64,000 bases of DNA from Eledone cirrhosa. Taxonomy: Eukaryota. The stretch is from positions 234,732,001-234,796,000 of the forward strand of contig OZ024743.1 in the NCBI GenBank assembly GCA_964016885.1, read 5' to 3'. Shown here one piece after another: positions 13,470 to 26,285 of the stretch (positions are counted from its first letter, which is position 1; every line of letters starts with the position of its first letter). The notes under the pieces are model-generated. The model did no database searches and was not told the origin of the DNA. It saw only the letters and a program-made list of their open reading frames with translations. A program made the translations under genes and the position numbers.

Positions 13470-15734
13470 GTAAGGATTGATAAAGCCAACTGACTCCGTT
13501 GTTTTTATTTCATCGTATAACATTTCCTTTTCCCTCGTCTTGCTATTTGTCAATACGCATCCTAGCAAAAGATATCTTTCATTCTTCTTGATATTTTCTC
13601 AATCTAGTCAGTACTATAAAATGAAAAAGACCGAAAGCAATTTCCTAGGAAAACATGCGTTATTAAAACAAATTTGTGTGTGTGACCGAGTCGAAGGCGC
13701 TATGTTTTTTCACTTCTCCTCTTATAATTGGTTATTTACACGCCGAAAACCTTATCACTCAACGTATGTTTGAGATATTCGTACGCAGTGGTCATTGTTC
13801 TGGATTATATATATATATATAAAGGAAAGAGAAAAGAACGGTAGGGATAGAGGAATGGTTTCACATTACACACATTAATGCCAAACACTTTTGGAGTGAT
13901 TTATAACCAGCTTTTTTCCTCTTTTCACACCAAATGCCGTTATATAGAGAGATAGGGACGCACGTACATATATATATTAGTGTTGGCTAAATGAATTATT
14001 ATAATTGTTTCTGTGAAGTCCTTTGCAGCCTAATAGGAAACTTGTAATAGTTAATTGCTATTGTTGGTTGTTCATAAATCTTACAAACAAATAGGGACTA
14101 TTTTCGTCTGAGATGTGGTTTACATGAATATCTTTTTTTTTTCTACTGGTCTCTTCTCTGTGTGTGGGTGTTTTTCATTCAAGTGTTCTACCTATTGATC
14201 CCTTGCAAACAGATGTGTCTGTCATACATATGTGCGTGTGTGTCTGTATATATATATTTTCAAAGCTAACCGACTCTTTCTCAAAATGGCTACTTTGTCT
14301 TAACAGCATCGTGAATAAAGAAAGATATTGACAATTAGCTTGTAGAATGGACCCTTTTATCCATTAAATGTTTGTTTTGGTTTTGCTCCTATATTATAAG
14401 TTTTAATTAAGCATCTGTGTAAGACGTTTCTTTTTGTGTGATTTAGCAGCTTTAAGTGGACTGTAAAAGATGTTACTATTACTACTATATTGTCACATTA
14501 TTGAAGGCCGAATTGAATTTTTCCCTCGAGACTGTTATTTGACCCTCAACCCTAAATTTGAATGTGTTTTTACAGCCTAAGCTTTTTGAGCTGTTAACAT
14601 TATCGAAGTAATATTGTATTTTAGAAACTACGATTCGAGTAGATATTTTCGACGTTTTTTTTTTTTTTAAATTTTATTTTTGAAATTTTGAGGACACGGG
14701 CGGAATTATATCTAGGACCAGGTGGAGGGGTTACTTACCGTTGTGTCGTGCATCTCTTTCCCATGAGTTTTAGGCAATTACAAGTGGAAATCAAAACTTA
14801 TTCGAAAATATTTTCTCACATGAGCACCTGTATCTGACTTTATTTTCCGAAAAGAGTTATGAAAAATTTGACATTCGTGTCATATTTTCAAGGGCATTGG
14901 CAATGCGAATGAAATTCTTTATTGCAACATTGGTTCACCTTAAAGTCTGCATTAAACCTTCTCGTTTGTCTTACCCCCCTCTCTCTCCACCTCCATAATA
15001 ATAACGCTGTAACTCCATTCTTGCTCACTTTTTTCTTCTTTTTCATATTGACCTGACCGAGTTTTTGTTAGCTTAAGCATCTCAAGTGATTTTGGGCACT
15101 TGGCAGCATCCTGCTAAAAAGTGGATTACATATATGATATGGACGGTACAGTCTCCTTCATGGCACTTCCAAGGGAAGCAAACGGTTTACATATCAAATT
15201 GACTGATAAATTTACGGTCCAACAAGGGGGTTTTCAATATGGTCGCTCTATCTACAAGATATCTCTCACAAATAACACCGCACGGTCTTGATATTGAAGG
15301 ACATGTTAATGTAAACTTAAATTGTTTTTCATAAACCTAAACGACTACTGATATATTTATTTAGTAAAATGTTGAAGATGTTTAGCCCCAGGCCAGCCAT
15401 GATTGAGCAGATCCGTGACCAAATGCTTTTTTATATAACTTTTCTGTTACTTTATGATCGATCAACTGCTAGCCACATTGTTTATATTTACATAATTAGC
15501 CAGAAATTCCTTAATGTGCAGAAGAATAGTAAGGGATTATAGACAGTTTAATAGTGACGGGAGACTTTGTATGCAGCAGATGCATGATAGATAGATTTTC
15601 TTCATTACTCGAGTGGCTTCATTACTTTGTTACTTGTGCGACCTAATTTTCAGTGAAGGATGGTGCCATGTAGTGTGCGAGAAAAATGACTGTTGTTGCA
15701 GATGTGTTTTGGGTATCAAAGTTGAGTTCTATAT

Positions 15735-17000
15735 AAAGCGATGCAGAGCAATCTCAATTGATATGACCCAGAATTATGGGATGCTGTAGTAGAGACTGAC
15801 TGAGGATATAACAATGGGCTGTGATACCTAGCGACATGCAGGACTGGAAGTGATCCCCCACCCCTATTGCTATAGAAGCAAGATGCCCAGTATCCACCAC
15901 ACTCTTTACCCCGTAACTTGTGACGACCAGTCCGTCCTTCATTACAGCTACCTCACTTACTCCTTTATATCTTTCTGCTAAATCCTACTGCACATGCCTT
16001 AACACCTGTGGCATCGTACTTGTCATCCATATTAACCTACTCATCTTAGCCATCAACATAGCTGCCTTGCGACAGTGCTGGTATCACTATGAAATGCAAA
16101 TGATAAAGTGATTGGAAGAAGAAAGGGCTTCCAACATTAGAAACTATGCAAAAAAAAAAACAGAGAATTCTTTGTTCGTGTCAGATGCATGATAAGCACT
16201 CCAGTGCTGTTGCCACGATAAAATTTACCCCATACACTCTCTAAAGTGGTTGATAAGATGGGCATCTAACTGTGGAAACTCTACCTGAACCAGAATGTAT
16301 GTAAGCAATATGTGCCTGGAACGTCTGGGAGGGCAATGGCACTAAGTACTTATTTGGTGTGACAAACAATACCAGCATGGAAGACTTGATGTTAACATAT
16401 TTGGATGTGTGTGTGTGTATGTATGTATGTCAGCAAAGCTGAAATGAATTGAGAGAGAAATTGAGCATAAGAGGGACCAACTGCAATATGCAGAAGAGGT
16501 GATTGCGATGGTATGGACATGTGATGCATATGAAGGGCAACAGCTGTATAAAAAGGTGTAGGATGGTCAAAGTTGATGGAAGCTATGGAATAGGAAAGCT
16601 TGGGATGAGGTGATAAAAGCTTAACTTGCACAATTGCACTTCTCAAAGGCAATGATACAAAATCGAGATCTCTGGTAAGCAGTAATGCAGAAGACCCAGC
16701 CTCCCTTGTGCATGAGTAGAAGCATACATTTAGAATGCACCACTTTCATATGCCTCCCACATCCTAACACTCCATCCTTCAGCTAAGTACCCTACCTCTC
16801 TAATCCCCACTCTACATACATGCACCTCCCCCAGTCCACACTGTAAATGTGGTTGGCATTAGGAAGGACACCCAGCCATAGAAACCAAGCCAGAAACGGT
16901 TATTTATGAACAAGGCACAGTCACCTGATCTGCCTTGTCTTGCCATGGGACAACTTGTCTAACCCAAGCTAGTGTGGAAAATAGATGTTAAATTATGATG
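15735..17000. mobile_element. Decayed RTE-like LINE fragments in both orientations
   Basis: 16430-17000 resembles the 3' part of the RTE copy at 61.5-63 kb (WYGHVM motif, shared 3' UTR text); 15735-16075 looks like a minus-strand fragment. Confidence 0.55.
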
Positions 17001-18278
17001 ATATATAATTAAAATAGAGATACAAAAACAATTTAATGTTATCAGGTTCACACTTAGAATAAAGAGAGAAATTGTTCAGCATATCAGATTTTAACCCTTT
17101 GTCAGGAGAGTACAAGTAGAAAGATAGTTTTAAAAATTTTTTTTAGAATATTGGATGGTTAGAGACGATGTATATAGTGTTCAGAAATGGAATGTTTCAG
17201 TTAGGTTTTCTTATCAATTTGATCATTGTCATCATTTAGTGTCAGTTTTTTCATGCTGGCATTGAAGAATTATTATTACGTTGTTAGTGTGTTTGTGCTC
17301 ATTCATGATAAAACTAGTAAATTAAAAGAAATTCTTCACTGCACACCTATGCAAATTTAGCTGGCCTTCTAGAGAAAGTTGTAACTTATTGGTTTCTAGA
17401 TTGTTTTAATAATCGGCTCCCCAGTTCTATTATGAAAAGCAATGTGAAATGAAGTGTCTTGCTGAAGAACATAACATGCTATCTGTTCCAGGCAATCACT
17501 AAGCCACACACCTTCAGTTAAAAGCATTTCCTTATAAATGTGTTACTAAGTTTATTGTAGTAAAACCCCATGTTTGTCGAGAGGGCTGAAGTCAAGGTAA
17601 ATGGGTTTTGGATGTTTATCTGTTTTTCTGTGTGATTTGAGAATAAAAATTAGGGAACCTAAGTATATATTATAGTGAGGTCAATGTAGCTATGGAATAT
17701 AAGATTTCAAATGAATCAAGCAAAAGGTAAAGGGTTATGGCTGTGTATGTATATGCACATGTGATTGGCAGTGTCTGCTTAAGTTTGGTATTTGTGGCTA
17801 GTAAAACACGGTTTCATATATACTATTTTTCAGAGAAGTTCTCCAATTGAGGGGATGGGTAATCTCGGGTCGTTTTGGAGGTTTGAATGTGTGATAAATG
17901 GTTAGCTTCTTTTTTTATGTTGGTTTGTGCATATGAAAGTGTAATCTTGTATATGTAGGTTGAAGCCTTTCAAAGAAAAAACATGCAAATTTATAATGAC
18001 CAAATATGTACATGCACACACTTATATACCTGATTGCACTTATGGGTGTAAATATAGATGATCAAGAAGGTCAACTGTGTGGAAACTCCACCTAATTACA
18101 TATATATCATTATTACTGTAGGATGAAGCAAATTTTTTTATCACGAAGAGTGAGGGATTGACACAGATGATTACTTGTCGCAGAATTGTAAAAGGATGTA
18201 AACATTTTAAAGTTTTGCAAAGAATTACATGTTTTGTATGTAAAAATTATCGCACCCTACATTAGTGTAACTATATTA

Positions 18279-19032
18279 CATGGTGTGTCAGAAAAGTAAC
18301 AGGGCTTTGTGTGCTGTGTGATCGATGAGTGAGGTAGGGACTAGCAGGTTGCGTCAACATGTGACATAATATCCAGGAAGTTTACAATTGTGATCTCAGC
18401 TCTCTGCAGCCATTGTATGTTTTTTTTTACATGCTTTTCTTAACAGTTCTTCAATTTTAGGTCGTTGAGCGATGGGCACTGATCAACAAACCATCCTGAA
18501 GTTTTGGGTCCGACTGAGGAAAACTCTGTTGGAAGCACTCGGAATACAGCAGCAAGTGTTTGGAGATAAGACAATGTTGCGCTCATGGGTTTTCAGGTGG
18601 CACAAAAGGTTCAAAGACAGGCGCAAGGATGTGGAAGGCTTGAGTGTGTTTGTCATGAGCTGCATGGTGATCATTGGCTGACTGTTTGACTGATCACAAG
18701 TGAGCTGGGCATGAACGACAACCAGGAGGAGTGCCACATGCAGGTGTGTCAGGACATCTTTGAGCATCTTGAAACTGAACCAAACTTGCTGGGGAGAGTC
18801 AGCACCAGAGATAAGTCATGAATTTTCGAGTACCACTCGTTTTCTAGGTGTGGAAGCCATCAAGCAGGCTGTGGTGAGTCCTTCCAGGAGTGCATGGAGG
18901 CAAGGCAGAGAAGGATGGGAAAGTGTGTTAGACATAAGGGGGGGGGGGTTATTTTGAAAGGGAAAACTTGTAGTTTGAATTTGACGTAATTTTTTTGAGG
19001 CCCCGATCCTGTTGCTTTTGACACACTCCATA
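18279..19032 (+). mobile_element. Internally deleted mariner-family DNA transposon relic
   Basis: ORF 18472 (QQTILKFWVRLRKT..VFGDKTMLRSWVFRWHKRFKD) resembles the mariner N-terminal HTH; imperfect TIRs CATGGTGTGTCAGAAAAGTAACAGG and CCTGTTGCTTTTGACACACTCCATA, flanked by TA. Confidence 0.75.
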
Positions 19033-19604
19033 TAATGCACCCCAACAAAAACAAATCAGTTAACCTTTTATTCGTTGTTCTAATGGGGGGGGGGGGTATA
19101 ATTGTCTGGTGTTTCGGTATTGTATATTCTGTAATTTGAAGTTGACAAACATACATGAAGTTGATGGAAAAAAAGACTGAAGGAGAAAGAAATAACACAA
19201 ATTAGCAATGTTCTATTGTAGAACACTCCTCAACTGATAGTATGTTGTTTTATTTCTTCTCTCACTATATTAAAACTCTGTTCACACCATTTCCAATATT
19301 CATCTCAACATCCTCTTTTAAACCACAACCAATTTCTACTAGTGTGACAAAGAAAATCAACTCCAGTACTGTACTTAATCTACACTTGAAAAAATAAGTG
19401 GGAGAAATTGTTGTAGGCTCGGAGGAAATCAGGCAAAGGTAGACATATGAAGAGGTTATTGAATGTGCAGAATGAGTGGGATGACAACAATGAGAGCAAT
19501 CTAGTTCTTGGACCGGCAAAGATTACTGATGAAGATGAAGCGTAAAAAGGCAGGAATTTTGGGAGGTGTTAAAGGAAGTGGATGACGGATCTAAAGGTTG
19601 GCAG

Positions 19605-20200
19605 TGAATGCAATCTCCTCTCTTGCACACTGCATCTGATCTCTTTTATGCCCATTTTCTCTCTGGGTTCATTTATGCTTTGCCATTCATGTATTACATA
19701 TCCATTGGAACGTGCAAATTTCATTTCTTTCCAATCTTCGTAGGTCCTCTGCACATAGCGACCAGATCTCACTATCGTGCAACATTTATGTTCGAATACA
19801 TGCATCATGTAATCTGCGCTTCATTTTGAGGAAAATATCTTTTGAAGCTAGCAGTGGTAGTAACTCCGTTTTTTTCCATTCCATTCTCACTGTCTACAAT
19901 GCTTTTGGAACACGCACCTCCACTGCTAATTTGATCATCAATCTAACTGAAGCCGTCAACTGCTTTTACAGAATCTTCTAAGAATTTCATAGCTTTTGTC
20001 TCCTGTGAGTGTTTGCTGCTTACTGCTCTTATACAACGGCCACATGTAAAACCTACATTCTCTGCTAGCCTACCCAAGATCCCACTACATTTCTTGTGTA
20101 CCCATTGTTTGCATTTGGGAGAGAGAATGGAATTTCTACCCACTCCTTTCCTATACACTGAGCAGGGCCATTTCCCTGAGGATATCTGTCTGGTTTTCCT
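19605..20200 (-). mobile_element. Degenerate RTE-type LINE fragment
   Basis: SGKWPCSVYRKGVGRNSI..WVHKKCSGI homologous to ORF 54340. Confidence 0.8.
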
Positions 20201-21270
20201 TATATATATATATATATACACATACGTGTGTGTGTGTGTATGTACACACACACACTAGCTCATCAATGTTCTTTGGGATTTGCAGTGACAGATCTAAGAT
20301 ATATATACCAGTTAGAAACTTTAAACCTGGGCTTTTCAAACTTCCTCAATTGTGGCCACTTTTAATCATAGGGTCTGTTTGTTTCCCTGGGCTTGGTATA
20401 GGCTCATTAAATATGCCTTTGTACAACATTATACAGTTAAAACAAAGCTATTGTATCTATTTCAAGGGGGCCAACCTTGACACATAGTGACAATCAGTCT
20501 TCCTGAAAACTACATTAAGGTACATGTCTGTGGAATACCAGCTACTTACATGTTAGCTATGCCAGCTACTACATTCCAGGATTAGGTTGTTCCATTATTC
20601 AATTAACTGGAACACTTGTCAGGGCCGACTTTCTTTTCCTGGTTTTAGTCATTGGGCTGCAGCCATGGTAGGATACCACCTTGATTTAGTCAATCATATC
20701 AACCCCCAGTAGTTGTTTTTTTTTTTTTCTTCCAATTTTGGTATTCATTTTATCAAACTCCTTCAGCACTTTCCATCAATCTAATTCTACTCCTGTCAAT
20801 GCTCACCATGATGCTACAGTAGAAGTTACTTGCTCAGGTTCCACACAGATTGAACCCAGCACAATATGATTGTGAAGCGAACTCGTTAACCACACAGCCA
20901 TGTCTATCTAATCATTTCATTAGTGAATTATAAAGTTTGATGTGCTCATCAAACTTAAACAGGGGGGCGGGAAGACTGCAGATTATGAGTCATGAGGTGA
21001 CTCAATATTGATTGATTAGCAAGAAATAATTGTACTCAACAATAAAATATTTGCATGTTTAACAAATATATAGGTGTGTCTTGTAATATTGAAGTTCAAT
21101 TCATTTGCCTACTCTAAAAGCGGCAGTTCCAGAAGCCATCATTTCACACCTTGGAGGTGACACTAAATAATCTATAAACGTTGATGTTTTAGACGAACTG
21201 CAAAGGACCCGTACGAAAATATGAATTTAAAAAAAATTAAAATTAAACTGACGAAGTTGTGTTTTTAATG

Positions 21271-21271
<1 letters not shown>

Positions 21272-21342
<71 letters not shown>
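21272..21342. repeat. (TA)n microsatellite
   Basis: About 70 bp of TA repeat abutting the left end of the Tigger-like relic. Confidence 0.95.
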
Positions 21343-21344
<2 letters not shown>

Positions 21345-22470
21345 CAGTCCCCGTGTTACGAACGTCCATATTTGCGTACCGACTTCCGTAATCCTGTTTT
21401 CTTTTATTACAGCGGACTACTTTGCCAATTACATCAAAACATTGCGCGTTTTTAGCAGTTCATCGGTTGTAAGAGTGACAACGCTACGCCGTCGCCATTT
21501 TAAGCTATTTCACGTTAACTGTGTGTATTATTTGTGTCATTTGACGTTAATTTTGTTTGTTCCCATAACCATGCATCCAAAGCGCAAATGCGATGGAAGT
21601 GGTGGTGATAAATTTAAAAAAAGAAAAACTATCACAATTGAAATTAAAGTGGAAATAATAAAGCGGTCGGAAAGAGGTGAAAGGCCTTCGAGCATTGGAA
21701 AAGCATTAGGCTACAGTCCGTCAACTATCGCGACGATTTTAAAGAACAAAGTGAGGATAATGGACCATGTAAAAGGCTCTGTCCCAATGAAAGCTACAAT
21801 TATCACTAAACAACGCAGTGGTTTAATTAATGAAATGGAAAAGCTGTTGGTAATTTGGTTAGATGATCGAAATCAACGTAATATGCCCATTAGCCTTGCT
21901 ATTATACAAGAAAAGGCCAGAAGCCTTTTCAATATTTTAAAAGCTGTGCGTGCAACAAGTGAAGGTGATTGTGAAGAAAAATTCGTTGCGAGTAGGGGTT
22001 GGTTTAATCGTTTTAAAGGGAGGGTAGATTTACACAAATTTAAAGGAATGAGAGTAAGTGTTAACCTTTATCTTTTTCTGTCTCAACTGTTTAAGAAGTG
22101 TTTTTAAAGCTAAACACATTTGTTCTAACTCTTTGCGTTTTGAGTTCGAATCCTACTAGAGTCAACTTTGCTTGTCATCCTTATGTCGATAAAATAAAGT
22201 ACCAGTCAAATACTATGGTCAATTTAATCGACTGACTCTTTCCCTAAAATTCCGGATATTGTGCCTACATTAGAAACATCATTACGACTAATTTTGCCTT
22301 TCATCCTTACGGGGTCGATAAAATAAAGTACCAGTAATGCACTGGGTAATTGCTGGCCTTGTGCCTCAAGTAGAAACGATTATTACGACTAATTGACGCG
22401 AAATACGTAACTGTTCCGACTTAAAGGCAATCGTATGAACGGAACGATTACGTAGCCCGGGGATTGTATG
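21341..22470 (+). mobile_element. Tigger-like transposon relic with degenerate TIRs enclosing V7
   Basis: Left TAGGCAGTCCCCGTGTTACG versus reverse complement of 22451-22470 CATACAATCCCCGGGCTACG (14/20 identical); encloses a Tigger HTH exon; SINE pieces inserted at about 22130-22385. Confidence 0.6.
21571..22053 (+). CDS. Variable exon V7: Tigger/CENP-B-type bipartite HTH domain
   Basis: MHPKRK..KKRKTITIEIKVEIIKRSERGE..STIATILKNK..EMEKLLVIWL..FVASRGWFNRF; 161 codons then AGA|gtaagt, phase 0. Confidence 0.9.
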
Positions 22471-22641
22471 TGTAGCTGTGAATACATTAGCTTATACAAT
22501 TGATAAAGCTGACTCGATAGATGTGGGCCGAGCTAGTGAGAAGGCTCTTGCAGCCATTCAACCAGCTAGCAATGGTAACCTAAGTTTCCGTAGAAAAATA
22601 AATTGAATACAGAGGACGATGTAGTCACTTCTTAAAACCTC

Positions 22642-22828
22642 AATAACTATTTCTATTTTAGGCACAAGGCCAGAAAATACTCAGTACATTGCTGGTACTT
22701 TATTTTATCGACTCCGTAAGGATGAAAGGCAAAGTTAACCTCGGCGGGATTTGAACTCAGATCATAAAGGGACGTAACTCTATGCTTCAAAGCATGGTGT
22801 CCGACTCTACCGATACTGCCAATCCACC
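22642..22828 (-). mobile_element. tRNA-derived SINE
   Basis: Reverse complement of the SINE at 2756. Confidence 0.85.
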
Positions 22829-24337
22829 ATAACCTGTTTCTAACAGCTCACTTAAATCTTATTTCCCATTGCTTAGTATTTAATTCTTTCCTCAATATTC
22901 ATTAAATGTAATTCTCGTAATTTTTACTAATAATTAAAAACAAAACGAAAACTGTTTTCTGAAGAAACGGAACACCTCGATGATGATGATAATAACAAAT
23001 CAGTGGAATATGTTTACTGTGTAAGTGGTTGAGTATGTGTGCCGTTCGAACGTGTATCCTCCACTTTCAACTTATCTTATCCCCGCCTCTTGGTCCCGGA
23101 GTCCAAACATCATAATTCACGAACCCCACCACCCCCCACCCACCCACCCCAAAAAACACGTTCGTGTTGAAAGTGCTTGACTTGTGCAATATAACGGTCA
23201 AACTTAGAGTAAACTACTGACAGATTAAATCCTCATGTTTCGGACAGTGTGTTTCCCTTTCTCCGTCTCCTCTCCACACACGCGCGTGAGTGCGTATGTA
23301 GCCCTTTTAACCGCAACAGACATTCCATACAATCATTCGTCGTCGCTTGAAAACAAATCGAAAGTTTGAACTTTCATCTTTAGTTTAAATAGTTATTCGT
23401 CTCTGGGTGTGTCAAATTATTTTGACTACAACATATGATGGAATATCATATATGTGCGAGTCATTCGGTGCTAAATCATTTACGAAACATAGAGAGAACA
23501 ATGTCAATGAGATTTTTTTTTAATGACGTAGATAAGTGAAATAGTTTCAATGAAGAAACGAGACTGGGTCAGCAACCTCCTGGGAATAGGAATGTTTTTA
23601 CTAGTAGTAGTTTGTTGCTTCATTACATCTCGGCAGATTCTCGCGAGAATCCATAACGTTATGGAAGTCTTCTCTGCGGATGACACGGTGGCGGTTGTTT
23701 ATATTTCATAGTTTTTTTTTATATTTCACTTAGTATATATATATATATATATTACATATTTAGAACTTCTATGCTTTAATGAATATTATTTCAATTTGTC
23801 GATTAAGTCGGAAAGTATTCCCGTTAAATGCTTAAAAGAAACGTTACGTATGATTTTGTATTCGAAATATTGATTTCGAAAATGGCCGGCTTTCTATTTC
23901 ATAGAGATATTCTGAAAATTGACGGCTTCACTTAATATTGTATTTTTTTTCTTGTTATATGATCAACACATGTATACTATATACTATACTAGTACAACTA
24001 CAAATTGACATTCTTTTGTTTTTAGTAATTATTGACGATATGGTACTCTTAAAAATATTAATGTACAGAAGCAATTTAAGATATTGGACTTTTTTCGATC
24101 AGGCCTAAAGTAGGAAATAAACAACACAAGCAGCAAAAGGGAATAAATAGTTGAAATTGCTTTCGTTTTCTTTTCCTTTTTTATTATTATTATTGCAAGA
24201 GAAAGCTTGGTGTAAATGGTTTTACCGTGTATTTTCGGGAAAGAACTTGATCGTTTTAGTAATAAAATTTAATTTTGTTAGATGTAAGTGGGTTACTGAA
24301 AGAAATTGTTAGTTTGGCAAATTTTGAAAGGTCAATT

Positions 24338-24514
24338 ATGGTTCAGTCGTATGTCCGGAAAACCGACAACGGAAAGTGGTCATCTAGCCAGATGGTTTCT
24401 GCTGTCTCAGCAGTACTGTCTGGAAGTCTCAGTATTAGGAAAGCTGCTGAGAAGTTCGCAATTCCTAAAGCTACACTTGCTCGACATTATAAAAAACCAT
24501 GCTATTCTTTCTTA
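24338..24514 (+). CDS. Variable exon V8: pipsqueak-type HTH
   Basis: MVQSYVRKT..WSSSQMVSAVSAVLSGSLSIRKAAEKFAIPKATLARH; 59 codons then TTA|gtaagt, phase 0. Confidence 0.85.
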
Positions 24515-26189
24515 GTAAGTAGTTGTGCGTGTCTGTATGTATGTATATTTATGTATATATATATATATATACATATGTGTATATATATATATACACACAT
24601 TTGTTTTTATTCTTTTATGAAACTTGTTTATTTACTTTCATTACAACTTTAAAAGGACACTTCTATTTTAATTTATAAACGTCCCTTTTTTTTATAAGAA
24701 TATTTCTTTATACAATTCTTCAAAATGACAATTGCATATTTTGCGTGCGTGTACGAAAATTTTGTGATTCTTAATTTGTCAAAAGAAAATTACGAGCAGT
24801 TGTGTTATCCATATTTTAAAGTTTTATTTGCATTTCTATTTTTTTTTTTAAATCTTTAAAAACATTGATATATTCCTATTTTACTTCGTAAAATACTAAT
24901 TTATTTTCTACTTACTATTTTGGCAGTAGTACCGGTATTTGTTCATAAGTGAATTAACGTTCTGTTTTGATTGATTTATTTAATTTTTAAACTAAATAAT
25001 TGTGATGGTGCTTAGAGCAATTTTACAATATTGTTTTTAAGTACACTAGTAGAAGAACCGCCTAATGGGCGGTTTTCTGCTAGCATATGTAGTATGCGTA
25101 TCGGTATTATACGCAAATATATATACATATAGATATGGTACGTAAATTGACAATATCGTCTTCTCCCACTTATTTCTGGGAGGGTAGTGGGGGCAGTCCT
25201 CATCAAACACTCCTTCCAGCGAGTCTGTCAGAAGCACCGATCATTGTCAACTACTTTCCATTTATATCTTGCATGACACTAACCCAAGAAGGTCTTAGAT
25301 GTAGACGCTTGCACTGCTAGAAGTAATCTATAAATATCCCTTAAATTACATCCCAGAAAAAAGGATGGATACATTGGAAAAATTAATTCTTCGACACACT
25401 GCCTGAAAATAAGATGAGATGGTTGTTGGTCAGTTAAACGAGAGCTTTTATATGGTCGCTTGACCTATTAGAAATAGTAGCCAGGTTTCCTCAAATCACA
25501 TCCGATCATCTTACACAAACATACATATTTACCTAGTCCTGCCAGGTTATGCTCACCTTTTCTCTTTATGAAGATAGTCTACATGAAACGTGTACCATTA
25601 GTGGAGTAATTAATGTGAAAGCACTTGATGGGACAGAGAAATGAAACAAGTGCTATATCTTAGTCTTTTTCTTGTGAGATATTAACCTCCATGAAAGACA
25701 AATGTAAATGGTGGTGTTGGATATTAAAGAGCAGATGTGTGCATAAGAATGGAACATAAATGCAGGATAAAAAAATGTGCTTTCGGTTGATACCCTCTGC
25801 CAAAGTGGTGAGGCCAAGTAAGCCATGCTAACATGATCCCGATATAATTTTTTTGTCACTATTTGTTTAAGAAATAATTAATTACCAATGATCTTGGTAT
25901 TATTTAGGTATCCTGTGCACCATGCATTGCTTGTGGCACCTATTCAGCTAGGAAGCAACACTCCATTACTGATGCATATTTCAAAAAAACCTTGATTTTA
26001 TTCAATTGGTTATTGCTGACCTTCTGGTGAAAAAAATCGAGTATTTCTACAAGAGTCCTGTGTGCTGATCATTTCATATGATGAAAGAATACATTGGATG
26101 TTGATGTTCATAAAAATTATATCCTAGAAATTTTTGTTGGCAAAATTTATTGTATTTTTATATTCTAATCAATGTTTTGTTTTCTTCAG

Positions 26190-26285
26190 CATTTTGTTGG
26201 TGGCAATGGACCTACACGAGACCACCCTGATCCTCTACCTGTTAGACCAATGAATGTTCTCCATTCCACAGCTGGCTACATAGAT
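26190..26285 (+). CDS. Shared internal exon S: C-terminal part of a THAP domain
   Basis: ttttgttttcttcag|CAT TTT gives HFVGGNGPTRDHPDPLP..YID|gtaagc; 96 bp, phase 0-0; matches HFIGQNGPTPEHPDPIP in the unsplit THAP exon V16. Confidence 0.88.

Noticed and set aside
14731-14830. Minus-strand exon suggested by a GGTAAGT donor
   Set aside because: All three frames contain stops; more likely non-coding repeat sequence
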